Below, piece after piece: positions 19,160 through 28,354 of a stretch of 50,640 nucleotides of DNA. Position numbers and translations under genes: made by a program. Position 1 is the stretch's first letter. Each line of letters begins with the position of its first letter. The stretch is from Ruminiclostridium sp. Lineage in GTDB: Bacteria; Bacillota; Clostridia; Oscillospirales; Oscillospiraceae. Location of the stretch: the NCBI GenBank assembly GCA_017547425.1, contig JAFYPT010000139.1:1-50640 (forward strand), read 5' to 3'. The notes under the pieces were generated by a model that did no database searches, was not told where the DNA came from, and saw only the letters and a program-made list of their open reading frames with translations.

Positions 19160-19924
19160 TTGTCTCATCCTCTTGTTACCTCAAAAAATTCCAAATCCCG
19201 CGGCTTCCGATGTCTGTTTTATATCGTAGGCCTGTTGGTCCTGTCTCTTGGCATTACCCTGACCACCAAAGCAGGGCTTGGTGTCTCACCCCTGACCTCC
19301 ATCCCCTACAGTTTCTATGCCATCTGGGGGTTCAATTTCGGCAACGCCACCATGGTCAGCTATATGGTCTATGTGGTCATCCAGTGGGTCCTTCGCATCC
19401 TGCGGCACAAAGGCATCGCTGGCCCGGCTGCACCTCCGAACCAGAAACTCTCCTTCGCTCTGCTTCTGGATGCCCTGCAAATTCCCATCAGCTTGATTTT
19501 TACCCGGTTCCTGAATGTATTCAATGACCATCTACCCGATTTGGCTGCGGATTGTTCCGGGTCCTTCTGGGGAACCTTGATAGGGAAACTTCTTTGCTTG
19601 CTCCTGGGCATTGTCCTGACCGGCATTGGTGCAGCCCTCTCCATGAATATGCGAATCATTCCCAACCCCGGCGACGGTGTGGTCCTGGCCCTTGCGGACT
19701 TTACCCAAAAGGGGACCGGTCTGGTCAAAAACTGCGTGGATGGTCTGTGCGCCCTGCTTACCATTGTCATCAGTTTCACGGCTGTGGGCCACTTGGTAGG
19801 CGTTGGCCTGGGCACCATCCTCAGTGTCCTGGGTGTAGGCCGTGTTATCGCGCTATTCAACCGACTCCTCCTGAAGAAAATTACCACTTTGGCCGGTCTG
19901 GCATCCCCTTCGTCTTACGCCTGA
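19160..19924 (+). CDS. YczE/YyaS/YitT-family membrane protein
   Basis: AGLGVSP.TSIPY, P.DG and G.GT.LS...VG motifs; start codon uncertain. Confidence 0.8.
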   Translation: MSHPLVTSKNSKSRGFRCLFYIVGLLVLSLGITLTTKAGLGVSPLTSIPYSFYAIWGFNFGNATMVSYMVYVVIQWVLRILRHKGIAGPAAPPNQKLSFALLLDALQIPISLIFTRFLNVFNDHLPDLAADCSGSFWGTLIGKLLCLLLGIVLTGIGAALSMNMRIIPNPGDGVVLALADFTQKGTGLVKNCVDGLCALLTIVISFTAVGHLVGVGLGTILSVLGVGRVIALFNRLLLKKITTLAGLASPSSYA

Positions 19925-19961
19925 CCCAAACAGTTCTTCCGAAAGCAGGTGACCCGCTCCC

Positions 19962-20663
19962 ATGGAAACCACCCCTCATGCAAATGAATCCAAGCGTAAG
20001 GCTCTTGCTATCCTTGCTCTGCTGGTCTTTCTGGCTGTCATCGGCTTCCTTGGCTGGCGGATTGGCATTCCCATGGTTCAGCTGGCCTCGGACCCGGAGG
20101 TCTTCCGTCAAAAAATTCAGGATAGCAGTTTGAATGGACAGCTCATTTTCATCGGCATGGTCGTCCTGCAGATTTTGGCGGCTATTATTCCGGGTGAACC
20201 TCTTGAAATCGCCGGAGGCTATGCCTTCGGGGCCATCGAAGGTACCATCCTCTGCCTCCTCGGTGGCATGATCGGCAGTTTTCTGGTGATCATGCTGGTG
20301 CGGCGGTTTGGTATTCGGCTGGTCCACGTGTTCTATCCCCCGGAAAAGTTAGAGTCCGTTCGATTCCTGAAAAGTTCCCCCAAGAGGACCGTTCTCTTCC
20401 TTCTGATCTTCATGATCCCGGGCACCCCCAAAGACCTGCTGTGTTACTTCGTGGGCCTGACGGATATGAAGCTTCCGGTTCTTATGGTCATCTGTACCCT
20501 GGGCCGTTTGCCTGCCATCGTGTCCTCTACCATTGGAGGCAATGCCCTGGGAACAGAGCAATATATTTTTGCTGCCATTGTCTTTGGTGTGACCTTCCTC
20601 ATCAGTATGTCCGGTTTGATCCTCTACAACGCCATCTGCAAAAAGCACAACGAATCGGCATGA
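19962..20663 (+). CDS. TVP38/TMEM64 (DedA/VTT) family membrane protein
   Basis: IPGEPLEIAGGYAFG and FMIPGTPKDLLCY motifs. Confidence 0.88.
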   Translation: METTPHANESKRKALAILALLVFLAVIGFLGWRIGIPMVQLASDPEVFRQKIQDSSLNGQLIFIGMVVLQILAAIIPGEPLEIAGGYAFGAIEGTILCLLGGMIGSFLVIMLVRRFGIRLVHVFYPPEKLESVRFLKSSPKRTVLFLLIFMIPGTPKDLLCYFVGLTDMKLPVLMVICTLGRLPAIVSSTIGGNALGTEQYIFAAIVFGVTFLISMSGLILYNAICKKHNESA

Positions 20664-20745
20664 TTTGCAAAAAAGGACTGCACAGCAGTCCTTTTTGTGT
20701 TATAATGGAGAATAGAAGTATATGCCCCCTTGACTGGAGGTTCCC

Positions 20746-21243
20746 ATGACGTATCGAAAGCTGTTTGGTATTGTGACAGTCCTCTTCGTCCTGGTTATAT
20801 ACCTATGGCCCATGTCTCTGGGCAGCAAGATACCAGAGGAAAATGCTTTGGTCATCACCTGGACTGAATTGGATATTCTTCCTCCTGTGGAAGGTGAGGC
20901 CCGCTCCACCCTGCACAATGTGTCCACTACATATCGCTTGGAGCCTGGCACAGAGGAACGAGACGCCTTTCAGAACATTCTGGATGGCTATGCCATCCAC
21001 CGTACCTGGCGTACTCCCTTCCCTGCTACGGGTCTAAATGGCCACAGCAATGGCGGATACCTGTTGATTACTTGGACGGAGGATGAACAATTCGTTCATT
21101 CGATTGTTACCGGGTTCGACCGCCTGTTGATGGTAGAAGACCACATATTCGGATTGGGTTATCTGAACAAGCAACTCTCCCAGGACATGAAAGAGCAGGT
21201 GCTTACCTTCCTGGGGGACTGTCCCCCGCTCAATGCATCGTAA
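20746..21243 (+). CDS. Hypothetical protein with N-terminal membrane anchor
   Basis: GGAGG RBS, upstream TG-N-TATAAT, N-terminal hydrophobic helix; no recognised family. Confidence 0.65.
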   Translation: MTYRKLFGIVTVLFVLVIYLWPMSLGSKIPEENALVITWTELDILPPVEGEARSTLHNVSTTYRLEPGTEERDAFQNILDGYAIHRTWRTPFPATGLNGHSNGGYLLITWTEDEQFVHSIVTGFDRLLMVEDHIFGLGYLNKQLSQDMKEQVLTFLGDCPPLNAS

Positions 21244-21280
21244 AAAACGCAGAGATATCTCTGCTGCAATGGAGGTCCCA

Positions 21281-23119
21281 ATGGATCATAAACTGGAAAA
21301 AATCCTGGCCCGGGTCCAGAAGCCCGGCCGCTACGTAGGCGGCGAATACAAAGCCGTCCAGAAAGACAAGGCTGAGGTGGACTGCCGCTTCGCCTTCTGC
21401 TTCCCTGACACCTACGAAATCGGTATGTCCAATCTGGGCATGCGCATCCTCTACGGTGTTATGAACAACATGCCCGGAGTCTGGTGTGAACGTGTCTTCG
21501 CCCCCTGGGGTGACATGGAAGAGGAGATGCGGAAGGAAGGCCTTCCCCTCTACGCCCTGGAAAGTGGCGACCCCGTGAAGGACTTTGACATCATCGGCTT
21601 CTCTCTGGGTTACGAAATGGCCTACACCAACGTGCTGAACATGCTGGACCTGGCCGGCCTGCCCCTGCGCAGTGCTGACCGCCCCGGTATCACCCCTCTG
21701 GTGGTGGCCGGCGGCACTTCCGTCTATAACCCCGAACCCCTGGCCCCCTTCGTGGATGTGGTCTCTCTGGGCGAGGGTGAGGATGCCCTGCCGGAACTCA
21801 TCGAACTGTACCGCAAGGCTAAGGCCGAGAACTGGACCAAGGATCAACTCCTGCGGAAAGCTTCCAAGCTCTCCGGCATCTATGTCCCCTCCCTGTACGA
21901 GGTGACCTACGGAGAGGACGGCGTGATCTCTGCCATCACCCCCAAGGACGGCGCGCCCGAGAAGGTCACCAAGCGGCTGGTCACCGATATGGACAAGTCC
22001 TACTACCCCGTGGAGACCATTGTCCCTTCCACCGAAATCACCCATGACCGTGTCATGCTGGAGCTCTTCCGCGGCTGTATCCGCGGCTGCCGCTTCTGCC
22101 AGGCTGGTTTCGTCTACCGCCCCGTCCGCAACCGCAGCCAGGAGCTGCTAGTGAAGCAGGGCATCGACGCCTGCAAGGCCTCCGGCTACCAGGAGATGAC
22201 CCTCATGTCCCTCTCCTCCAGTGACTACCCTGACCTGCTCCCCCTGTGCGACGGTCTGCTGGAATACTGCCAGCCCAACAAGGTCAGCATCTCCCTGCCC
22301 TCCCTCCGTGCCGACAACTTCTCCATGGAACTCATGGAAAAGCTCCAGGCAGGCGGTCGAAAGAGCGGTCTGACCTTTGCCCCCGAGGCCGGTTCCCAGC
22401 GACTCCGTGACGCCATCAACAAGAACGTCACCGAGGAAGACCTGCTGAACACCTGCCGCACCGCCTTTGCCGGTGGGTGGAGTAGTGTGAAGCTCTACTT
22501 CATGCTGGGTCTGCCCACCGAGACCGACGAGGACGTGCTGGGCATCGCTGACCTGGCCACCAAGGTCTACCACGTCTGGCGGAACAACACCCCCAACCGC
22601 TCCCGTGGTGTCCGCATCACGGTTTCCACCTCCTGCTTCGTGCCCAAGTCCCACACCCCCTTCCAGTGGGAGGCTCAGAACACCATGGAGGAGTACAAGC
22701 GCAAGGTCGCCCTTCTGCGGGATAACATGCGCAACAAGTCCATCACCTATAACTGGCACGATCCCGACACCAGCTATCTGGAGGCTTGCCTCTCCCGTGG
22801 CGACCGCCGCCTGGCTGACGTGATCGAAACCGCTTGGAAGAACGGCGCCAAGTTCGATTCCTGGAGCGAGTATTTCAGCTTCCAGACCTGGATGGATGCT
22901 TTCGAAGCCAATGGTCTGGATCCCGCCTTCTATGCCAACCGGGAACGTGGCAAAGAGGAGATCCTGCCCTGGAAGGTCATCTCTGACGGCGTGAAGGAAA
23001 GCTACCTGTGGAAGGAGCGAGAAGCCGCTTATCAGGGTGTCATCACCCCCGACTGCCGGGAAAAGTGCTCCGGCTGCGGGGCCAACAAACTGTGCGAAGG
23101 AGGGGTCTGCCATGGCTGA
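21281..23119 (+). CDS. TIGR03960-family radical SAM protein
   Basis: KPGRYVGGE, FPDTYEIGMSNLG, CxxxCxxC (CIRGCRFC), APEAGSQRLR, C-terminal CREKCSGCG. Confidence 0.92.
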   Translation: MDHKLEKILARVQKPGRYVGGEYKAVQKDKAEVDCRFAFCFPDTYEIGMSNLGMRILYGVMNNMPGVWCERVFAPWGDMEEEMRKEGLPLYALESGDPVKDFDIIGFSLGYEMAYTNVLNMLDLAGLPLRSADRPGITPLVVAGGTSVYNPEPLAPFVDVVSLGEGEDALPELIELYRKAKAENWTKDQLLRKASKLSGIYVPSLYEVTYGEDGVISAITPKDGAPEKVTKRLVTDMDKSYYPVETIVPSTEITHDRVMLELFRGCIRGCRFCQAGFVYRPVRNRSQELLVKQGIDACKASGYQEMTLMSLSSSDYPDLLPLCDGLLEYCQPNKVSISLPSLRADNFSMELMEKLQAGGRKSGLTFAPEAGSQRLRDAINKNVTEEDLLNTCRTAFAGGWSSVKLYFMLGLPTETDEDVLGIADLATKVYHVWRNNTPNRSRGVRITVSTSCFVPKSHTPFQWEAQNTMEEYKRKVALLRDNMRNKSITYNWHDPDTSYLEACLSRGDRRLADVIETAWKNGAKFDSWSEYFSFQTWMDAFEANGLDPAFYANRERGKEEILPWKVISDGVKESYLWKEREAAYQGVITPDCREKCSGCGANKLCEGGVCHG

Positions 23120-23783
23120 TCAGAGAATCCTCTTTACCAAGTCCGGCACTTCCCAGTACATCTCCCATCTGGATCTGATGCACACCATGGAGCGTGCCTT
23201 CCTGCGGGCGGGTATCACCATCCGCCACACTGCCGGTTTCCATCCTCATCCCTATGTCTCTATCCCCCTGCCTCTGCCTCTGGGCTTCTCCAGTGACTGT
23301 GAGATCATGGAGTTCGGCCTGGTGGACGGCGCCACCATGGAGACCCTACCCCAGAAGATGACCGATGCCCTCCCTGCCGGCATCAAGGTCCTCCAGTGCT
23401 ACGAGGGCGGACAGGCCTTTAAGAAGCTGTCCTACGTTCGCTATGACATTACCCTGGAGTTTGACGCCCCCGTGGCTCCCCAGGCCGCTGAGGCCTTCCT
23501 GGTCCTGCTAAAGCGAGAGAGTTTCATCGTCCGCAAGCGCAGCAAGAAGGCCAAGAGCGGCTTTACCGAAGTGGACGTGATCCCCCTGGTGGAGGCCGTG
23601 GAAGAGGTCCGGGCCGATGGTTCCTTCCTCTACCTGACCCTTCTTCTGAAGGCACAGAACCCCGGTCTGAACCCCGACGTGCTGCTTCAGGGTTTCAAGA
23701 GCGAATACCCCGACCTGCCCATCGTCTACTCCCACTGCCACCGCCGGGAGATCCTGGACGAGCGGAAGAAAACTTATCGCTAA
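23112..23783 (+). CDS. TIGR03936-family radical SAM-associated protein (DUF2344)
   Basis: YISHLDLM...RA..RA and GFHPHP motifs; overlaps the stop of the radical SAM gene. Confidence 0.9.
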   Translation: MADQRILFTKSGTSQYISHLDLMHTMERAFLRAGITIRHTAGFHPHPYVSIPLPLPLGFSSDCEIMEFGLVDGATMETLPQKMTDALPAGIKVLQCYEGGQAFKKLSYVRYDITLEFDAPVAPQAAEAFLVLLKRESFIVRKRSKKAKSGFTEVDVIPLVEAVEEVRADGSFLYLTLLLKAQNPGLNPDVLLQGFKSEYPDLPIVYSHCHRREILDERKKTYR

Positions 23784-23786
23784 ACG

Positions 23787-23824
23787 AAAAATCCGAAAGC
23801 CCAAATGGGCTTTCGGATTTTTTA
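23787..23824. terminator. Bidirectional intrinsic terminator
   Basis: AAAAATCCGAAAGCCCA-aa-TGGGCTTTCGGATTTTT between convergent genes. Confidence 0.88.
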
Positions 23825-25063
23825 TTATGAAATCTGAGACAGCGTGCCAATGAAGAGGGGGACATCTTTCCGGATGTCCACGATCATGTAGAGGAAGGGC
23901 CGGTCCAAATGAACCTCTTTGAGGTCCTCGATCATCGATGCTCCTTCGCCGGCGGCAACCATGGTGGCTGCCCCCGCTTGAGTGCCTTTCTCGTCAACAT
24001 TAATAAAGGTTTTGTGAAGGACCTGATTTACATAGAGCATCCCGGTTTCAGTCTGCCCTATTCCAGATAGGTCGGCAAACGACTGGTCGAAAAGGTCATT
24101 CATGCCCATGTCTATGAGGGTCTGGTTCAAGTCAGCTGTGGTCTCAGTCCGGAACTTGGGAATCTTCGTGCTGACCACAGCACTTTGGAACCCATCAATG
24201 ATCTCCCGGAGCCTTTCACCGGTAAGAGAATCCACATACTCCTCCAGGGTGATCCCTTCCTTGGGAAGAAGGCCCACAAAAGCATAGGCATCCCCATCGT
24301 AGTATTTCATCACCCCGGTAGAGAGGTCATCCTCCCAGTAGAAGTCTTCATCGGAATACATAAACTCTGCATCCTGTCGGATTCCATCCTCGGTGATGAA
24401 GGCATCCTCCCCCACCTGGTAGTCGTAATAGATTCGCTGCCACTCCCCGTCGAAGACCTGGGCATTGACCAAACACATTACGGTATCCGAGGACAATTCC
24501 TGAACCATCTCCGGAATCATCCCTTCGGTTTTTTCCTCCACCCACAGGTTTATATCCCGGAGGGTAGTGTCATCAAAGGGAGCCTGATAAACTTCTGCCT
24601 CGTACCATTTGACGCAATTCTGAAGGAAGTCCTCTTCCACCCGAATACTGTCTGTTCGGAACCAAAGGGAATTGGCGGTCTTAACCGTGGCCTCATAGTT
24701 TTCCAGACAAACCCGCCACTCGTGGAGCCAATTGTTCAGTTCTGGAACGGAGAGGCCGAAAACCTCCTCCATCTGATTCAGGGTATCACCTTCCGCCCCG
24801 TTGGCTGTCATGGCCAGGGCAGACAGCACGGAAAGAGGGGAAATCAAAGTATTCTCCCCTTCCTCCATGGTCTTCTGAAACAATCGAACCGAGAAATCAT
24901 TCACCAGTGTGGTTTCCGGTCCCTGAAAATCCATTTGGCTGGAATAGCTTCCCACCGACACTCCGGCGGTCAATTCCTCCGCCTGGATCTCCGGGGAAGC
25001 GCAGGCGGAAAGCCCCAACAGCAGTGTTAAAACGATTCCCAGGACAAGCGATCTTCGTTTCAT
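23825..25063 (-). CDS. Serpin family lipoprotein
   Basis: Lipobox LSAC; ISPLSV..ALAM..NGA.G.T, IN.WV..KT.G.I, hinge EKGTQAGAAT and DRPFLY motifs; ATG at 25063 after AAGGAG. Confidence 0.93.
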   Translation of the reverse strand: MKRRSLVLGIVLTLLLGLSACASPEIQAEELTAGVSVGSYSSQMDFQGPETTLVNDFSVRLFQKTMEEGENTLISPLSVLSALAMTANGAEGDTLNQMEEVFGLSVPELNNWLHEWRVCLENYEATVKTANSLWFRTDSIRVEEDFLQNCVKWYEAEVYQAPFDDTTLRDINLWVEEKTEGMIPEMVQELSSDTVMCLVNAQVFDGEWQRIYYDYQVGEDAFITEDGIRQDAEFMYSDEDFYWEDDLSTGVMKYYDGDAYAFVGLLPKEGITLEEYVDSLTGERLREIIDGFQSAVVSTKIPKFRTETTADLNQTLIDMGMNDLFDQSFADLSGIGQTETGMLYVNQVLHKTFINVDEKGTQAGAATMVAAGEGASMIEDLKEVHLDRPFLYMIVDIRKDVPLFIGTLSQIS

Positions 25064-25096
25064 AGAGAGCTCTCCTTTCCTTTTGTTCTGTCTACT

Positions 25097-25123
25097 TAGA
25101 CGACGCAAAACAGAAAAAGTTCC
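25097..25123 (-). promoter_or_regulatory. ECF-sigma-type promoter of the serpin gene
   Basis: Minus strand reads GGAAC-16 bp-CGTCTA, the canonical ECF -35 AAC / -10 CGT arrangement. Confidence 0.6.
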
Positions 25124-25124
25124 C

Positions 25125-25814
25125 TCACATTTCCAGCCGCACCACACTATCCAGTTCTTTCATGTCCTTCATGGCTTCCAAATCTTCCCGCATGGCTTGA
25201 TCGGATTCCAGGTCCATGCGGACCGCCAACACATCCGGCCGTCCTGAGGGGAATTCCTTGATCTCACGAACCGTCCATCCCAGCTCATGAATGAATTGAA
25301 TGGCATCACCCAAGCCACATTCCCGCTTGACTTCCAGATACATGGCGGTACTGGTCTCTACCTTTAAGTACTTGTTATCCAGGACATTGACCACCAGCAG
25401 AATGATCAGGACGGCCAGGTACATGACCACAGCACACTCCAAGAAACCGGAACCCACAGCCAGACCCATGCAGGCCGTGACCCAAAGGGTGGCTGCCGTG
25501 GTAAGACCCTTGATCTGGTTCCGGCGGGTGATGATGATGGTGCCTGCACCCAGGAAACCGATGCCGCTGAGGACCTGGGCACTCAGACGGGAAGGATCGC
25601 CCACCCCGTAACTGGCATAAATATACTGGCTGACCAGCATGGTAGATGCCGAGCCCACGCACAGCAGCATATGGGTTCGCAAACCGGCCGCCCTCTGGCG
25701 CAGACCTCGCTCAAAACCGATGGTGCCGCCAAAGAGCATAGCCAATGTAATTCGGACACAAACCGAAAGCAGGTTCAGATCCCTCATTTCACCGATGACA
25801 TCTAATTGAATCAC
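25125..25814 (-). CDS. MgtC/SapB family membrane protein
   Basis: IGFER...AGLRTH, DPSRLSAQVLSGIGFLGAG, GLTTAATLW; GTG start at 25814 after GAGGAGG. Confidence 0.9.
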   Translation of the reverse strand: MIQLDVIGEMRDLNLLSVCVRITLAMLFGGTIGFERGLRQRAAGLRTHMLLCVGSASTMLVSQYIYASYGVGDPSRLSAQVLSGIGFLGAGTIIITRRNQIKGLTTAATLWVTACMGLAVGSGFLECAVVMYLAVLIILLVVNVLDNKYLKVETSTAMYLEVKRECGLGDAIQFIHELGWTVREIKEFPSGRPDVLAVRMDLESDQAMREDLEAMKDMKELDSVVRLEM

Positions 25815-25987
25815 AGGTGACAGCCTCCTCTCATTTACAATCTCTGAAAAAAGTTTATTTTTTTGTAATTTTGCCACGTTTTTGACGGTTTGTCAAATGA
25901 TAATGGTTGCATTTCTTCCATATATAGGATATACTAATTGAAATTTGGGGATTTTATGATTTCTTACCCCATTGAAAGGAGTTCCCT

Positions 25988-27733
25988 ATGTCTGACACCC
26001 AAGGTAAAAGCACCATATCCCGCATCCTGATCAGCCTTCTGATCACCCTTGTGATCGGTGCCGTATGGTTCTATGTTTCCCTTCCCGCCATCAACCTCCA
26101 GAATACTGGCTTCTACAGCTTCATCTTTGTCCTGTTGCTGGTCTACATCCTGGTCTTTATGATCGCTCTGGGCGTGGACACCGGCAGTCGTCAGGGCATC
26201 AACCTGAAAGACTACCTTTCCTTTGCCAAAAATCAGTGCAAGGCCGTGGTGGTCATCGTCATTGCCCTGGCTGCCGTGTTTATCATCGGCCAGATCAGCT
26301 CCATTCCCATCCTCCGGGCCAACGCTTACCAGCAGATGCTGGAAGTGGACACCGGTGATTTCGCCACCGAGATCGAGCAGGTCTCCTACAACGAAGTTCC
26401 CATGCTGGACGAGGCTTCCACCCGCCGCCTGGGCGACAGAAAGCTGGGCGAACTGTCCGACATGGTCAGCCAGTTTGAAGTCTCCTATGACTACACCCAG
26501 ATCAACTACCAGGGCCGCCCTGTCCGCGTGACCTCCCTGGAGTACGGCGATTTCTTCAAGTGGTTCCTGAACACCAAGGAAGGCCTGCCTGCCTACGTCA
26601 CTGTGGACATGGTCACCCAGGAGGCCGAGGTCGTCCGTCTGTCCAGCCTGGGTCTGGAAGGCATGCGCTACTCCCCTTCCGAATTCTTCACCCGTGACCT
26701 GATGCGTACCGTGCGCTTTGCTTACCCCACCTATATGTTCAGCCAGCTCCACCTAGAGGTGGACGAGGAAGGCACCCCCTGGTGGGTCTGTCCCCGTGAA
26801 ACCCGCACCATCGGCCTCTTCGGCGGCACCGACGTGGTGGGCGCAGTTCTGCTGAACGCCTGCACCGGCGAACATGTTTACTACACCCTGGAGGAGATCC
26901 CCACCTGGGTGGACCGTGTCTTCTCCGCTGAGCTCATCAGCCAGCAGTACGACTATCACGGCATCTATGTGAACGGCTTCATCAACTCCCTGCTGGGCCA
27001 GAAGGACGTAACCATCACCACTGAGGGCTACAACTACTTGGCTATGAACGATGACGTCTATATGTACACCGGCATCACCTCCGTGAACAGCGACCAGTCC
27101 AACATCGGCTTCCTGCTGTCCAACCAGCGCACCAAGGAGACCACCTATTACGCAGCCCCCGGCGCCATCGAGACCTCTGCCATGGCCTCTGCTCAGGGCG
27201 TGGTCCAGGACCTGGGTTACACCGCCACCTTCCCTCTGCTGCTGAACATCGGCGGTCACCCCACCTACTTCATGTCCCTGAAGGACAGCTCTGACCTGGT
27301 CAAAATGTACGCCATGGTCAACGTCTCCCAGTATCAGATTGTTGCCACCGGCACCACCGTGGCCGCCTGCGAGAGCAACTACCTGTCCCTGCTCCAGCAG
27401 CACGGTATCCCCGTGGACGTGGGCGAGGGCCAGGACATCATCATCGACCAGTCCAGCGTCTCCGGCACCGTGGCTGAGATCCGCACCGCCGTTCTGGACG
27501 GCAACAGCTGGTACTTTGTCCGTCTGGAGGGCTCTGAGACCTTCTATGCCATCTCCGCCACTGTGGACCAGAATGTCATCATCCTAGATGTGGGCGACAG
27601 CGTGACCGTCCAGGCCACCCCCAACGACGACAGCAAGATCATCAACGCCCTGTCCATCTCTGACGGTAGCGCCGCAGAACCCGTCCCCGCTGAACCCACC
27701 GAAACCACCGAGGAAGCTCCCGCTGAGGAGTGA
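25988..27733 (+). CDS. Membrane-anchored protein with large extracytoplasmic domain, function unknown
   Basis: 581 aa with host-like codon bias, three N-terminal TM segments and an acidic P/E/T-rich tail; AAGGAG RBS. Confidence 0.8.
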   Translation: MSDTQGKSTISRILISLLITLVIGAVWFYVSLPAINLQNTGFYSFIFVLLLVYILVFMIALGVDTGSRQGINLKDYLSFAKNQCKAVVVIVIALAAVFIIGQISSIPILRANAYQQMLEVDTGDFATEIEQVSYNEVPMLDEASTRRLGDRKLGELSDMVSQFEVSYDYTQINYQGRPVRVTSLEYGDFFKWFLNTKEGLPAYVTVDMVTQEAEVVRLSSLGLEGMRYSPSEFFTRDLMRTVRFAYPTYMFSQLHLEVDEEGTPWWVCPRETRTIGLFGGTDVVGAVLLNACTGEHVYYTLEEIPTWVDRVFSAELISQQYDYHGIYVNGFINSLLGQKDVTITTEGYNYLAMNDDVYMYTGITSVNSDQSNIGFLLSNQRTKETTYYAAPGAIETSAMASAQGVVQDLGYTATFPLLLNIGGHPTYFMSLKDSSDLVKMYAMVNVSQYQIVATGTTVAACESNYLSLLQQHGIPVDVGEGQDIIIDQSSVSGTVAEIRTAVLDGNSWYFVRLEGSETFYAISATVDQNVIILDVGDSVTVQATPNDDSKIINALSISDGSAAEPVPAEPTETTEEAPAEE

Positions 27734-27772
27734 TCCTCTCCCTGAAAAATAGTAAAGAGAGAGATTTATTCT

Positions 27773-28294
27773 ATGAAAATCATGCTTTGGATCCTGGGCA
27801 TCCTCATGTCCGTCTGCGGCGTTCTTCTGGCTGCCACTCCCCTGATGACCTTCTGGGAGACGAATTACTTCTTCATCGTCCTGCTGATCGTCTACGGCTT
27901 CGGTGCTATCCTGCGGGGCATCTCCAAGAAAGCCTTTGACTCCAGCTTCTTCTTCGGTATTCTGAGTCTGGTGGCCGGTCTTGCCATCCTCTTCGTTCCC
28001 GGCCTGAAGTTCATGACCAGCACCACCATCATCTATATGCTGGCCATCTGGTTCCTGCTCCAGGGTGCTGTGGCCCTGACCATGGGTCTGCGTGGCAAGA
28101 AAAAGGGAGACGAAACCACAAAGTGGCTGGGCAATGTGGTCATGGCCATCCTCTGCTTCATTCTGGGTGTCTACTCCCTGTTCCACCCCGTGGCCCTGGC
28201 CTTCTCCGTGGGCATGCTGATTGGTATTTACTTCATCGTGTCCGGCGTGAACCTGGTCCTTCTGGGATTCCAGATCGAAAAGAAAGCAGAATAA
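27773..28294 (+). CDS. HdeD/DUF308-type membrane protein
   Basis: Repeated helical-hairpin units (G.L...G..L...P), six TM helices. Confidence 0.75.
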   Translation: MKIMLWILGILMSVCGVLLAATPLMTFWETNYFFIVLLIVYGFGAILRGISKKAFDSSFFFGILSLVAGLAILFVPGLKFMTSTTIIYMLAIWFLLQGAVALTMGLRGKKKGDETTKWLGNVVMAILCFILGVYSLFHPVALAFSVGMLIGIYFIVSGVNLVLLGFQIEKKAE

Positions 28295-28308
28295 CCCCAA
28301 AAACCGCA

Positions 28309-28345
28309 AAAATACCCCCTGATGTCAAACATCAGGGGGTATTTT
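28309..28345. terminator. Bidirectional intrinsic terminator
   Basis: AAAATACCCCCTGATG...CATCAGGGGGTATTTT. Confidence 0.82.
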
Positions 28346-28354
28346 CATGACAGG

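Noticed and set aside
27670-27730. Short repeats GCTGAA/ACCGA near the end of the 581-aa gene
   Set aside because: Low-complexity Ala-Glu-Pro-Thr coding linker, not a DNA repeat element.
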